DNA of 41,071 bases, taken from Octopus bimaculoides (lineage: Eukaryota). Positions 23,616 through 37,241 of the stretch are shown piece after piece (within the stretch, counting starts at the first letter, position 1; every line of letters starts with the position of its first letter). The stretch spans positions 22,615,958 through 22,657,028 of the forward strand of contig NC_068989.1 in NCBI RefSeq assembly GCF_001194135.2, read 5' to 3'. Made by a program: the position numbers and the translations under genes. A model generated the notes under the pieces. The model did no database searches, was not told the origin of the DNA, and saw nothing but the letters and a program-made list of their open reading frames with translations.

Positions 23616-25679
23616 GTGAGTATAACGAATAATCGGTTGATATTGCTTTGAGTTAAAATTGGCAATAAATAGGAGTTATGTCTAAAGATGTTACAGCATC
23701 TGAAATAAGATTTCGTCTTCATGTAGTGCGTCGAAGGCAAGGTAGGCTAACAGAAACCGTCCTTTTCCAAACAATTTACTATGGCTGGAAATCGCAAATA
23801 TGAAAAGCTTACCAAAGTAAACTGAAGGGAAATGCCTTAATCATGTACTAGGATGATCCGAAGACGACTTTCCAAAAATTTACCATCGTTCTAAGGTGCT
23901 AATTTACTTTAGTTTAATTCGAAAAAGGATCACCTAAACCGCCTATAGTCGCAATATTGGCAGAGTCCCAAACACCAACTCATTGCGTAGTAAGTGAACC
24001 TGAATCACTTTTTTTCAGGCGTAAAAATAACTGCAAGGACCAAAACTGGATTTCGTCAAGAATTGATAATGTATGCAAGCAACTAGACACCCGAGCCCTT
24101 GACAACTACATTAAGAACTTGTTTTTATTAGCAATTAGGCTAGCCGGCAACTTAGAATTCTCGATGTTGTAACCAACATATTTGAATGTCATTAACAATT
24201 TTGTCTTTGGTGCCCCTCATCCCTTTTTTGACAGACCATTAGGTATACATAGAGATCGTTTGTCTGGCTACTGATCAGTGGTCGTGACGCAGCTAAAGTT
24301 AACTTACTGACGGAACTCTCGTTCCTCGGTTTCAGCTACAGAATTCGACAACTACAACCCACTATCATTGCCGACTCACATCTCGCACAGACACACTAAC
24401 TGACTCACTTGGTGTAAATATCTCTTTTCTATCGTCGTAGCATGTCGATAGATGTCCACCCTTTCAGAATCGATAAATTACGGACTAGTAAATACTCTGG
24501 ATGTAAGCCAATAGAAAAACGAGTAGGAAAAACAAGAGCAAAATAACTTGATTACTTTAAGACGAAGAAAACGTGAATGTCCTTGGTTGTAGGCCATTTC
24601 AATCAAAGTTGATTTAGTGCTAAACAACAATAACAACAACAAACTGTTACAATACTTGCTCTTCCATAAATATTGCTCTCCGATATAGCACCCAATACAC
24701 TTAAATATTGTGTTTCAGAGTTAGCTCTACCTTGCCAAACACTTCAATATTTCTCTCTCTACAGGAATCTATTCCGATTTGTATAAATATACTGCAGTCT
24801 GAACCGTTCTCGAGAAGGGAATCCTTTCAAAACTATTCCAACACTCTGTCCAATCGTCTTCACTTCCGTTACCTCAAAAGCGATGTAAAAGCGGTAGCAA
24901 ACAACCAACACTTCATAACCTTACATCGTCTTTCTCTCTTCTTCCTCAATAGCCTTAATTGCGGTCCGCAGAGCCAGATCTACCGTGAGCTTGTTCAGCT
25001 ACATCACACACCAGCAGTCTTCGGCTAGGTATGACACGAGAACCTCCAGCCTGTCTCTCATCTCATGGACTTGAAGTTTCTTTTCAGGCTTCTCCAGTGA
25101 AGGGTGCAGCGATACAGTTCACTCTGATAAACTTTTCTACATTGAATCATTGAGCTTTTAGTTTAACTCACACATAGTGCAGTAATGATTAACTTGGTTT
25201 TGTTCAAATTTGTAGGGGAACCTCTATTAGTCGCTGGACATGCTAAAAATAGCAGCAAAATCTTTCTCCAACCACACCTTACCATCATAAATAAGACAAA
25301 AACACATTGAATAATGCAGATATAGATTTACTGTCCGGAAAATAGGTCGAAAAGAAAGCTTTTTGTCATAGGTCTTATCAGTTCGAGTTGACTTGAGAGT
25401 AGGCAACAAGAAGACCACACGACACATGCAAACTACAGGAACTCAAACCTACGGAATATACATACACATTATCTCCAATACATAGACACACGCAAACACG
25501 AACACGTGCGCGCACACACATATACACAAACACACACATTGTCTCATATAGGTCGATATGTTGAATTTCTTGAAGATATCTCAGGATTGCTCTGATATGC
25601 AAATTGTACGTGATCAGTATTACAAAATAAGCACCAGTCAAGTAGAAGAAAACTGGGGAGAGGAAACTACTAATAACCA

Positions 25680-26090
25680 CTAATGTTAGATTATATGAAG
25701 AAACAGAGATAGAGAATTAGACCTAAGACATGCTCACCAATACTTAGGAATTAATGAGTTGGGTATAGTACAACGTACATACACACGCGCGCTCACACAC
25801 ACACATATACACACACACAGACACACACGCACGCATACACATGACAGAAAACGTTAGGAGTTTTTAAAATGTGTGGGATAATTATTTAAAATAAAGCTAA
25901 ATGCCTAATGTAGCATAGCAGGTAGCAATAGTTTAGCTGTTTCAGTTATAAGTTACAGTTAAAATATTCCCAGTGGATTAGAGAAATGAGATATGAAAAA
26001 GATTGGCTGCGTTTAAAATACACTACACAAGATCCAATACTAAAAAATTACATTTACCACGAACACGAATCGATATCGGTCTCCAGCCAT
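25680..26090 (+). mobile_element. Highly decayed R4/Dong-like LINE RT C-terminal region
   Basis: Residual YLGINE.., KLNA..SLAVSVISYS.. and L.LPR; a paralogous stretch recurs at 26600-26785. Confidence 0.45.
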
Positions 26091-26284
26091 TATAATACTA
26101 TAATAATTCTTCTTACAACTAAGGACACTGTGTCAGTGTAGCAATCTGAAGTGATTAGGTGTTTCAAATTTTGCCAGCATAAACCCTCGTTCAAACGACT
26201 CGACCGAAATTGATCAAACATCGACCTGTGTTCAAATGGTATTCGATTGACGCCAAAGGTCACCTCTTTGTTAAACAGTATCAT

Positions 26285-26600
26285 TTAGATGCTTCTTCTT
26301 AAACCTTGATGATGTTCTTCAAGGCTCTTCTGATGCTCTCTTTCGGAAAGCTCACTTCGACTGGCATGCACCTGGTCCGCTATCAATTCTTGAAGTATTC
26401 ATTCGCCAATTCCTGGTACTTCACCTTCTTCCTCTCTTGTCTCCTCCACTCAATTCTTCTACAGAACAGTTAGCTCCAATAAAATTAGCTGCTTTGTGGC
26501 CTCAGAAACTAGGCTGATGTCTCTCCTCAACATGACTGGTTGATATGTGATAGAAAATTCTAACAGTTTCTCCAGATCAACTCTCATCATCTAGTTATAA
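26285..26600 (-). mobile_element. HERO/NeSL-like REL LINE 3' fragment
   Basis: RRDISLVSEATKQLILLELTV, then across frameshifts EEEGEVPG/KYQELAN, matching RPDIVLxSExTKQxILLELTVPWE..KYxEL. Confidence 0.7.
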
Positions 26601-27083
26601 GTCGCTAAAAGTAAACTATCCTAGTAATAAGTTACAGTTAAAACAATCTCAGATAAAATAATAGTGGATTAATGAGATTTGACAGGAAAAACAATAAGGA
26701 ATAGTACACATATGAACCAACACAGAAAAATTATAGTTATCACGAACACAAACTGATATGGATCTTCAGCCATTAAAAAACTATTACTGTAGAAAAAGTA
26801 AAAATAAGCGAAACTAATAGAAATATTTATTAGTTTGGTAGTATCCGAGGGAAGCTGGTCGCTATATGACATGATGGCATATGTGAATGTATACGCATAC
26901 GATTGTATGATTGTGACCCGGCTTATGTACATCTACACGCACATGTGCGGCTGTTTGTATGAGTGAACCACCATATTGGTCTCTAGTTTATGATCATACC
27001 AACTGAGTTCAATGGCCTCCAAAACGAAAATAGTTTGACCCAGATACTATATAAACTCCAACGGTTACCATCATGTACGAAGT

Positions 27084-27342
27084 GGTATCAAAAAGTTCCC
27101 GGACTAGTTCTGCAGCGCACCAACAGATGGCAGCACACAGTGGCGTGCGCAGTGGGAGCTAGTAGTGACCTTTATGAGGCAGTGTGCCGTGTGACATGGC
27201 TATGTTTACTTCACAAGTTGTAAAAGCTGTGTTTCTGAGATCACGTGTATACTGTAGTCTTCTATTTTGTTATGGATAGGAACAAAAAAAAAGAAAAAAA
27301 ACCAACGTGAAATTTTGCGTTAAACTTGGGAAGTCTGCTACA
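27084..27342 (+). mobile_element. Mariner 5' end (TIR and transposase start), interrupted by SINE A
   Basis: TACGAAGTGGTATCAAAAAGTTCCCGGACTAG TIR-like start; ATGGAT..NVKFCVKLGKSAT N-terminus. Confidence 0.7.
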
Positions 27343-27545
27343 GACTGCGGCCATGCTGGAGCACCACCTTTAGTCGATAAATCGACCCCAGGACTTAATC
27401 TTTGTAAACTTAGTGCTTATTCTATCGGCGCCTTTTTGTCGAACCGCTAGCAGACGAGGACGTAAACACACCAACATCAGTTGTCAAGCGATGGCGGTGG
27501 GACAAACACAGACAGAAACACACACGCACATATAAATACATACAC
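27343..27545 (-). mobile_element. SINE family A (partial, abuts gap)
   Basis: GACTGCGGCCATGCTGGAGCACC..GACAAACACAGACAG. Confidence 0.9.
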
Positions 27546-27564
27546 ATATATATATATATATATA

Positions 27565-27900
27565 NNNNNNNNNNNNNNNNNNNNNNNNNNNNNNNNNNNN
27601 NNNNNNNNNNNNNNNNNNNNNNNNNNNNNNNNNNNNNNNNNNNNNNNNNNNNNNNNNNNNNNNNNNNNNNNNNNNNNNNNNNNNNNNNNNNNNNNNNNNN
27701 NNNNNNNNNNNNNNNNNNNNNNNNNNNNNNNNNNNNNNNNNNNNNNNNNNNNNNNNNNNNNNNNNNNNNNNNNNNNNNNNNNNNNNNNNNNNNNNNNNNN
27801 NNNNNNNNNNNNNNNNNNNNNNNNNNNNNNNNNNNNNNNNNNNNNNNNNNNNNNNNNNNNNNNNNNNNNNNNNNNNNNNNNNNNNNNNNNNNNNNNNNNN
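27565..27900. other. Assembly gap
   Basis: N-run within (TA)n. Confidence 1.
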
Positions 27901-27978
<78 letters not shown>

Positions 27979-28817
27979 ATATAGATAGATAGATATACAT
28001 ATATTTATATACACACATATATATGTATATACGATATATATATATGATAACAACCACATACATACATACACACATACATACATACATACATACATACATA
28101 CATACATGAATTTATGCTTGCACACATCCATACATACACACACGCACACGCAAAAGTTTTGCTAGACATGTGACAGGTAATATTGGGAATATAGTTTTGC
28201 CGTCCTAGCTAATATCATACAACGTTACTTAGGTACAATAATTATTTTACTTTTTACACATTTCATGTTGCTTCAATAAAAATATGATGTAAATAATAAT
28301 TTTCAAAATAAATATTTAACGAGTAAATTTTGCGTTCTTTGGAATCTCATTGTTGGTAGTTATGAAATTGTTAGTGTCTAATAACCTTTATAGTATCTCT
28401 GATTACATCCACAAATTTAAAGACAAATGTAGAAGGATTCAGTCACTGAACATCGGCATTACATCGGAAGTAAACCAGATACAAAAAGTATCGAAGAGGA
28501 AGAAATTGTATGCCACACTGCCGATAACTCCGGCAGGGTATCTGTAGATAACTTGTCAAACTATAACAGAAGCATGCGACCACATATCGGAGATATATAT
28601 ATATGAAGATGTGGTGCAACATCCGAGAATCTGACAGGCGGACAGCAGTCTTATAACTATTTAACAAATTTAACAAATGTAAAATTAAATGAAGCAAATA
28701 ATTGTGTTTTAAGTATACACAAATAGCAAATATAATATCAATTCCATATAAGAAAACTTATTATTTTTAGCGTGACTAAGCAACAAACAATAGTTGTTAT
28801 TATGATTGTAATGTAAA

Positions 28818-29030
28818 GGAGGTGAGCTGGCAGAATCGCTAGTTCGCTGGGTAAAAGGCTTACTGACATCTCACTTTATGTTTTGAGTTCAAATTCCGCT
28901 GAGGTCGACTTTGTCTTTTATCCTTTCGGAGTCGATAAAATAAGTACCAGTTGAGCACTGGGGTCGATGAAATCGACTTTCCCACTCCCCCAAACTTGCC
29001 GCCCTTGTGCCAAAATTTGAAATCATTATT
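28818..29030 (+). mobile_element. SINE family B
   Basis: GGAGGTGAGCTGGCAGAATCG..GAGTTCAAATTCCGCTGAGGTCGAC..GTGCCAAAATTTGAAATCATTATT. Confidence 0.95.
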
Positions 29031-30081
29031 AGAGTGTTACGCATCATATCAGTGTATTAATGGTAAGAACACAGTATTGACTTATAAAGCATTTAATATG
29101 CCTTGTAATATACTTTGTGGAATATTATGGTCGCATAATTCACTTTTACTAGAAGCTTAAACAAACTGGATAGATCTATTTGCATTCTGTAATACATTCA
29201 AGGACAGCTGAATCGGTTAATAAATTACTGGCGAGTGGGTAAGCTGTGCTTAGTTTCAATACCATTATAATATGCAAATTGGTTTTGTAAGTGTGCACAT
29301 TAGTCTAAAACTTGTGGATCGGATGTCTTAGTTTTGCTGATGGGCAAAACACCTATAACTAGTGACTTGAGGTTGTTGAACAGATAGCCCTGGTTCCAAA
29401 GCGACCACTGGCCATGTACTTTCACACTGCCTATTCTGAGTAAGGTTATGGTCGACAAAAGGAGAACAGTGAGAAAGATCTACTCATATTAATTCTTTGC
29501 TGGATTGGTAGATATTCCACCACTTTCTTAGATGTAGATGTTTCCACAAGCAGTTCCTTACAAAGTCTTCTATCGATGTTTACTTTGTAGTCTCCTACAT
29601 ATCACGCCTTTAGCAATAGCTGGTTTATATGCAATTCCTGTTTGAGCAGCTAAAGAAGGTACCCAGTCGCTGATAATATTCCAAAACAGGATTGAAACTG
29701 CTCCTGCTGATTTATTACTGTCCTAAATGATATTGTATGTATAAAGACAAGGTAGTTTACGTACGTATGTATATATGCCTGTATGTATGTGGATAGATCA
29801 TCATCATCAGCAGCAGCAGCGTCATCGTCGTCGTCGTCGTCATTACCATTTCTTGTTGTCTTCATTTACATTTTTGTTTGTAGTTTTGTTTGTTTTTATT
29901 TATTTTTTTTTAATGTCTTTGTTCATATTATTATTAAGTTCTCTAGTTCTTGCAAAAGGTCATTATGTGCAAACGTTCCTGTTTGGAAAAAATGCCAATT
30001 ATCTATACAATGCTTTATACCAAAACGCTTTCTGCAGCTGCTTCTTATAATATCTCAAGTTTTTCGTTAAAGATATGATTG

Positions 30082-30168
30082 GAAGAAGAAGAAGAAGAAG
30101 AAGAAGAAGAAGAAGAAGAAGAAGAAGAAGAAGAAGAAGAAGAAGAAGAAGAAGAAGAAGAAGAAGAA
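30082..30168. repeat. (GAA)n microsatellite
   Basis: Explains poly-E and poly-L ORFs. Confidence 0.95.
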
Positions 30169-30419
30169 TCATTAGAAGTAGAAAATATTTCAAGAATATC
30201 ATTTGAAAAGAACATAAAGCACCAAAATAATAACGTTTATATTTTTGTTATTGAATTTGAAGAAGCTCTGACTAAATGCCAAAATTACCTTTAAACCAAA
30301 ATCTCATGAAAAGAAAAGACATCTGAAAGTTCCATAGTTTGTTGTTTTCCCAGAAAAATAATATGAATACTCAACTGGAATGGCAACATCCTCATCTGTG
30401 CCGAGTGGATTGTGATGAG

Positions 30420-30780
30420 TTATTATCATACCACTTTCGTTCGTCTTTACTTTCAGTTTTTACTTTTTATAAGGAATTTTCTTATGATATCTGTTACGGA
30501 AACATCCTTTCACTTTCTTCGCGATATAGCTTTGTTCCGGTTCAGCTCTGATGCAGCAGACCTATAAACAAGCAAGCTCCTGTCATAACCATTCCTGTTT
30601 TTTTTTTGTTTTTTTTTTTCTGCAAACAGTAATATCTCGGAGCACGTTATTCAGTACATCTTTTTCTCTTTTTAATACATCATTTTCTTTTTCTAAAGAT
30701 GGAAGGGCTTGATATGTGGAAGACTTGGCTGCTATATCTTGCAGACCAAACAACCAAGGTTTCTCGTTTGCCCTAATCAC
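30420..30780 (-). mobile_element. Decayed Dong-like LINE fragment
   Basis: Residual YIAKKV..KLKVKTNEKWYD resembles the RHxxVA..HW..KY.L..KWYxH region. Confidence 0.3.
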
Positions 30781-31144
30781 TAATAATAGTGTCGTATCAA
30801 ACCACTATCGTTTGCACGCAGCCAATTTGTGCTGAAGAAAGAGAGAGTCGATTAAATCTACTGGCATTTATTTTCAAGCCCCCGACATGAAGGATAAAAG
30901 ACATTACTAGTTGAAGCATGTTTTGTTGTTTTTTTAAAAAAAGGACAACTTCATTATATAATACAAAATTCAAAACTTAAAAATTCTGAAATTTTGCTGT
31001 CAAAATCAAATGTGCCTTTCCTGTCAATGTCCAGCAGCAGTAGCAGCAGCAGTAGTGACAACTACAACAGGCATTATCCTAATTGTAATTGGAGCCTTAG
31101 CAACAGTTGCTAGAAATGTAAATGGTCGCTTGAATATGTTAGAT

Positions 31145-32065
<921 letters not shown>

Positions 32066-32529
32066 AAAGTAGAACAAGAACAAGAACAAGAAGAACAACA
32101 ACAACAGCAACAACAACAAGATTTTGTTTTATCAACCATAAATGTTTACAATTAAATAAAGAAATAATTCAAATGCGGAATTGAATAGTTGGTTCATTTA
32201 TCTTATCCAGACATCCTAGATATTGTAGCATCTCGTTTCAAGTAAGATTGATTGGATAAATGATAAAACTAATCTGTTATTGTGGTGGTTTAGCCCAGGG
32301 CAGCCGTGATTCAGAAGACATGAACAAATTATTTCCAGCACTTCAATTTCATTTCAGACATCGTATTTCAAAGACCAAGTTGTCCAGCATGATGTCCACA
32401 GCGTAATCTGAGGCATATTTCGCCGTCATTTCTAACCCAGCAAGTGTGTGTATAGGCTTTCTTCATTCTCGGTGGATGCATCTTTTAATTTTCTTCAAGA
32501 ATATGCCTTTCGGGTAGGGCATGTTATTA

Positions 32530-32758
32530 TTGCTGTGGCAGCCGCTGTTGTTTTGTGGGTGTTGTTGTTGTTGTCGATAATGATGATAATGGTGATGATG
32601 GTGGTGGTTGTGCTGGTGGTTGTGCTGGTGGTAGTGGTGGTGATAGTGGTGGTTGTGATGATGGTGGTAGTAGTGGTTGTGGTAGTGGTGGTGATGGTAA
32701 TTGTGATGGTGGTTGCGCTGCTGTTTCTGATTCTGCTGCTGCTGCCGTTGCTGCTGTA

Positions 32759-32791
<33 letters not shown>

Positions 32792-32810
32792 GGTGGTGGT
32801 GTTATCTGGC
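32530..32810. repeat. Mosaic (GGT/GAT/GCT)n low-complexity tract
   Basis: Explains poly-V/T/P ORFs. Confidence 0.85.
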
Positions 32811-33128
32811 ACAAATGGAAAAAAAAATGATGAAATAGCCCAAAGAAAGAAGACAAGTGCTACAGAAATTCAGCAGCTTAAAAAGAAAAATTTAAGTGTA
32901 ATCTCAAAGCGGTCGACCACCAAACTCTGCCTGAAGGTATCGTCGCTTTTGCATTCTATAGAATGCAAGGTGTGCTGCACCGCCAGCGTTGGCCAACTTG
33001 TAGGGAATCATAGAGCATGATATTTCAGAAGCGAAACCCCTATTCTTGGTCTTTACTTCACCCCTCCCCCGTACTGCAGCCTGTTGAAAAATATCTGCAA
33101 AACAACAACCAGAACAATACTAAAAAAA

Positions 33129-34285
33129 ATAATTCTTTCTACTGTAGGCACAAGGCCAGAAATTTTGGCGGAGTGGGAGGGGCTATACGATCACATGAAA
33201 CCCAAGGCTCAACGGGTACTTATCAACCTCGAATAGATAAAAGGCATAGTCGACCTCAGCAGAATTTGAACTCAGAACGTGAAGATGGAACAAATACCTA
33301 TCAGCACTTTTTACTGCGGGATAACGATTCTGCTAGCTTGCTGCTTTAATGACAATAATCTTTTGTAATATAGACAGAAGACCTGATATTTTGTGGGAGA
33401 GAGAAGGTCCAATGCTCACCCGAAAGGATGAAAGGCAAACTCAATCGTGGCACGATCGGAGCTTAGTACATAAAACGCCAGAAGAAATTCTGTTAAGCAT
33501 TTTGTCTGACTCGCAACCGATTCTGCCAACTCGACGCCTCAACAATAATAATAATGATTTCAAATTTTGACACAAAGCCAGTAATTTCGAGGAAGCGGGT
33601 AAGTAGATTGCATAGACCCCAGTGCTTAACTAGTACTTATCTTATCGACCCCGAAAGGATAAAAGGCACAGTCGACCACGATGGAATTTGAACTCAGAAC
33701 ATTGAGACGGACTAAATGCTGCTAAGCTTTCTGTCCGGTGTACTAATGATTCGGCCTGGTTACCACGTTATTAATTGTAATAATAATAGTAATTCTAATT
33801 GTGGCACAAGGACAGCAATTTGAGAGGATGACTTAGTCGATAACATCGACTCCAGTGCTTTATTTTATCGATCCCAAAATGAAGAAAGGTAGCGTTGACC
33901 TCGGATGGAAGAAATGCCACTAACATTTGCTCCGACCTGCTGACGATTCAGCCAGCCAAGCACAAGGCTAACAATTTTGAAGAAACGTGTTTAGTGGATA
34001 GCAGTGACGCAAGTACTTGACTGGTACTTTAGTTTACTGACTCCGAAAAGATAGTAGGGGAAAGGTTGACCTCGGACGGATTTGAACTCAGAACGTAAAG
34101 GATCAGAGGAAACACTGCAAGACATTTTTACCAACGCGTTAATTATTCTTGATTTTGAAGAAAGGAGGTTAGTCGATACCAGCTACCCTAGAACTTGGTT
34201 GGTAATTCATTTTATCGCTTCTTGAAAATCCAAAGAAATTACAAATCAAAGTTGGTTCTAGTAGATTTTGAGCTTTTGAAGTAGA
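33129..34285 (-). mobile_element. Head-to-tail array of about 6 diverged SINE B copies
   Basis: Units at about 33129, 33357, 33556, 33791, 33959 and 34150, each with family B motifs, mostly separated by short AAT runs. Confidence 0.85.
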
Positions 34286-35136
34286 TTCAGCAGAGCTTTA
34301 ATTTGACGAGTATCTTTTGGCCACTTACAGGTGTCAACTTCCCTTTCAACTAGATTCAAGGGAAAATTTGGAGACTTTTTCACGTTAATAGAAGACAGAA
34401 AAATTCCCACATCTAACTACATTGATGATTGGTATTATTGGCAGAAACACAGAACATGAAGTTGAGAACCAACCAAACTTAATAGGTGAGCGCAGAAATC
34501 CTTGGGCGTGATGAAAAGCATTTCAGTTGTGGCCGCTTGAGGAGAGGAGAAGAAGAAGAAGAAGAAGAAGAAGAAGAAGAAGAGTGTGTGGTTCTTGTTT
34601 AGATCCAAATCAGCTTTGATCAAGCAGACTTGTTATCAACGCGTTCCATGGCAATCCCAACTTACTTTCATATAATTTATCCAAGATTACGTCATTCAAA
34701 ATTTCTATCCATCGTTTTTTTTTCTTTCAAGACTGCTGGCTGTAGTTTCAAAGAAATTCAGCTGCTGTTTCTTGCAGACGGAAAAACCACGTAGCGGCTT
34801 CATTGTTAGTCCATATGTGTGCTTGTTTGAGTGGCATAAGTACATTAAAATGATTCCCAGCAGGAATCAAAACCGTGTTTTGAATTTGGTTCACCGGAAG
34901 CTTATTTCCGTACTTCAATAAAATTATAATTTTATGTATTGAAATTTCATAGCATGGGACACAAAACTGGTTATCTTTATGAAAAAAACAATTAACATTT
35001 TTTTTTCGTTCTGGCTTTTACATTTTCCCACTAGGTTGCAATAACTCAATGTTGATTACACTCATCTAAATATTTCAGTAATACAGATAGATTAGCAGCA
35101 TTGTTAGGGCGTTGGACTAAATATTTTGCGGCATTA

Positions 35137-35905
35137 AGGAGGCGAACTGGCAGGAACGTTAAGCACGTCGGAGAAAATCCTTAGCGGCATTTCTTCCGGC
35201 TTTTCTTTCTAAGCACAAATCCCGCCGAAGCTGAGTTCGCCCTTCATCCTTTCAGAGTCAATAAAATAATTACCAGTCAAGTACTGGAGTCGATGTAATC
35301 GTTTAACTGCTCCCCTTAAAATTACCAGACTTGAGCCAAAATTTGAAACCCAAGGTGGCGAGGTGACAGAGTCGTTAATATGGCGGACAAAATGCTTAGC
35401 AGAATTTCTTCCGGCTTTCTCGTTCAAATTCTGCTGAAGTTGACATTAACATTAATTCTTTCGATAAAATACGTAAGTCCTAGTTGCGACTGGGGCCGAT
35501 GTAATCAATCAGTATCCCACCAAATCTCAGGCCTTGTGACTATAGTAGAAGGAAATATTTTGCACCATTTAGTCGCGGCTTTTAACGTTCTGAGCCCAAA
35601 TCAAGACGACGTCAACTTTGTCTTTCATCGTTTCGGAGTCGATAAAATAAAGTATCAATCATGTACTGGGGGACGATGTACTTGACTGCACCCTCCCTCC
35701 TAAATATGTGTAGTCTTGTGTCTATATTAGAAATTAAGGCAAATTGTCTGTCTTAACGTTCTCAGTTCAAACTCCGCCGAGGTCGACTTTGCCTTTTATC
35801 CTTTCACGTTCGATAAAATAAGTACCAGTTGAGAACTGGAGTCAATGCAAGTGACTTATCCCCTACCCTGAAATTTCTGGTCTTGTCCCAAAATTCGAAC
35901 TCAAT
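35137..35905 (+). mobile_element. Head-to-tail array of about 4 SINE B copies
   Basis: Units at about 35137, 35352, 35562 and 35740. Confidence 0.85.
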
Positions 35906-36032
35906 GACACAAAGGTATTATAGGATTTTTAATAATCAAAGATGATCGAATATAACGCTCCTTCTACAGTAAATAACAGGAGTTTAACTCAGACAATTAA
36001 CCGTCATATATCCTTTTCTACTCTAGGCACAA

Positions 36033-37132
36033 GAGGGTCTACCCTATGAATTTTATTGTAGTATACCGGACTTGTTCGTGCACTTGCTGGCCTGCGTCTA
36101 CGCTTGTGAGGCGCTCTGTTTGCTGCCAAAAGCCGCTGAGGCACCTCTCACTCTACCTGGACGGTGACCAGGTATGGAATTCGCTGGCAGAGACATTCTT
36201 TCCTGACTGACCTCCTTGGAGGAATTTTAACTCTGTTTCATGAAAAGACACAATCTGACCGAGTGGCAAAAAGAGTGCCGACAGGCACTCATGCTAATCT
36301 ACAAAGCGGGCAAATCTGGTAATGGAAATACTACCTCGATACTCTATAGCGGGCTGGTAGAGTCCAAGAGGGATGATGTCCGGGGAGAAGCTCTGGGACT
36401 CGATGAGGACCACCTAGCAAACCTGTTTAAAAGAACTTTCGGGTCGGGCTACCTGGATAACTACCAGAAATCCCTGACCTGGCAGTCCTATAGGAACGCT
36501 TTACCTGTTCGTGATAAACTGTCTAGACGCGGGATGTCTGTACCACCGGCTTGCCCAAGGTGCGGATGGGATGAGGAAACCGTCCTACACGCCCTTGTTC
36601 ATTGTCCCGAGATTTCAGGAACACTTGCTATCACATTTAGGAAGAGTACAGCTATCAGCTGTGTGTATGATTAAGGTTGTACCGCCACCGGGACTATCAA
36701 AGGAAGGTGAAGTATGTTTGTTATGCACAGTTGCCGTTTTGGAAGAGTGTATATGGAAAACGAGGATGAAAGGAGTCGCGACGGGAACCTTTATCTCCGG
36801 CTCTGGTTTGCTCTACTACTTCAGATATCATCTGAAGAGCAAGATAAGGCTGGAGAGAGGACGCCTGTCGCGAAGCATATACAAGAAAAGATGGAAAGAT
36901 GTGGTGAGGAAGTTGGGTGTGAAAGACCCTGCTTAAATACATAGTAAATCCGTACGGTGTAGCCGGTGGACTCCCGGCCAAAATGTAAAAATTTTTTCAT
37001 TGAAATTGACATTCATTGTAAATATATCACTCGAAATTTTTAACCGCTTACTGAAAACGAACTCATAATCTTTATGTTTTGTAACGTGCTGTGCTGTCCC
37101 GTCTATGTTCGATCTACGTGATCATAATAAAG
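36033..37132 (+). mobile_element. L1/Tx1-clade LINE, 5'-truncated 3' portion
   Basis: ORF 36240..36674 has QKSLTWQSYRNALPVRDKL..CPRCGWDEETVLHALVHC (zf-RVT CCHC). The overlapping frame 36511..36936 gives the C-terminus ECIWKTR..YFRYHLKSKIRLER..RW. AATAAA near 37125. Confidence 0.85.
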
Positions 37133-37141
37133 AATTCATCC

Positions 37142-37238
37142 CTAGCTGGTGATTGTCACACACTGATGTCGGGTTACTACTCAGAAACCCGGGTCCGTGT
37201 GTATCACGTCAGGCTAGAGATGGGAACGATGATTTCCC
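37142..37238. other. Long imperfect hairpin plus short hairpin, function unknown
   Basis: Nested pairs CTAGC/GCTAG, GTGAT/ATCAC, CACAC/GTGTG and CGGGTT/AACCCG; then GGGAA/TTCCC. Confidence 0.5.
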
Positions 37239-37241
37239 TTC

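Noticed and set aside
24240-24480. CpG-richer patch with ACTACAAC and minus-strand GT donors as a possible promoter or first exon
   Set aside because: Motifs are short and degenerate; nothing else in the sequence supports it.
24650-25110. Possible LINE remnant on the minus strand
   Set aside because: No diagnostic motif recovered in any frame.
28350-29720. Possible further Dong-like remnants (28350-28690 plus strand, 29400-29720 minus strand)
   Set aside because: Only faint resemblance to the zinc-knuckle region; too degenerate to list as features.
33129-35905. Regularly spaced repeats of about 200 bp considered as a CRISPR-like array
   Set aside because: Units are whole diverged SINEs, with no constant short repeat, unique spacers or cas genes, in a eukaryotic context.
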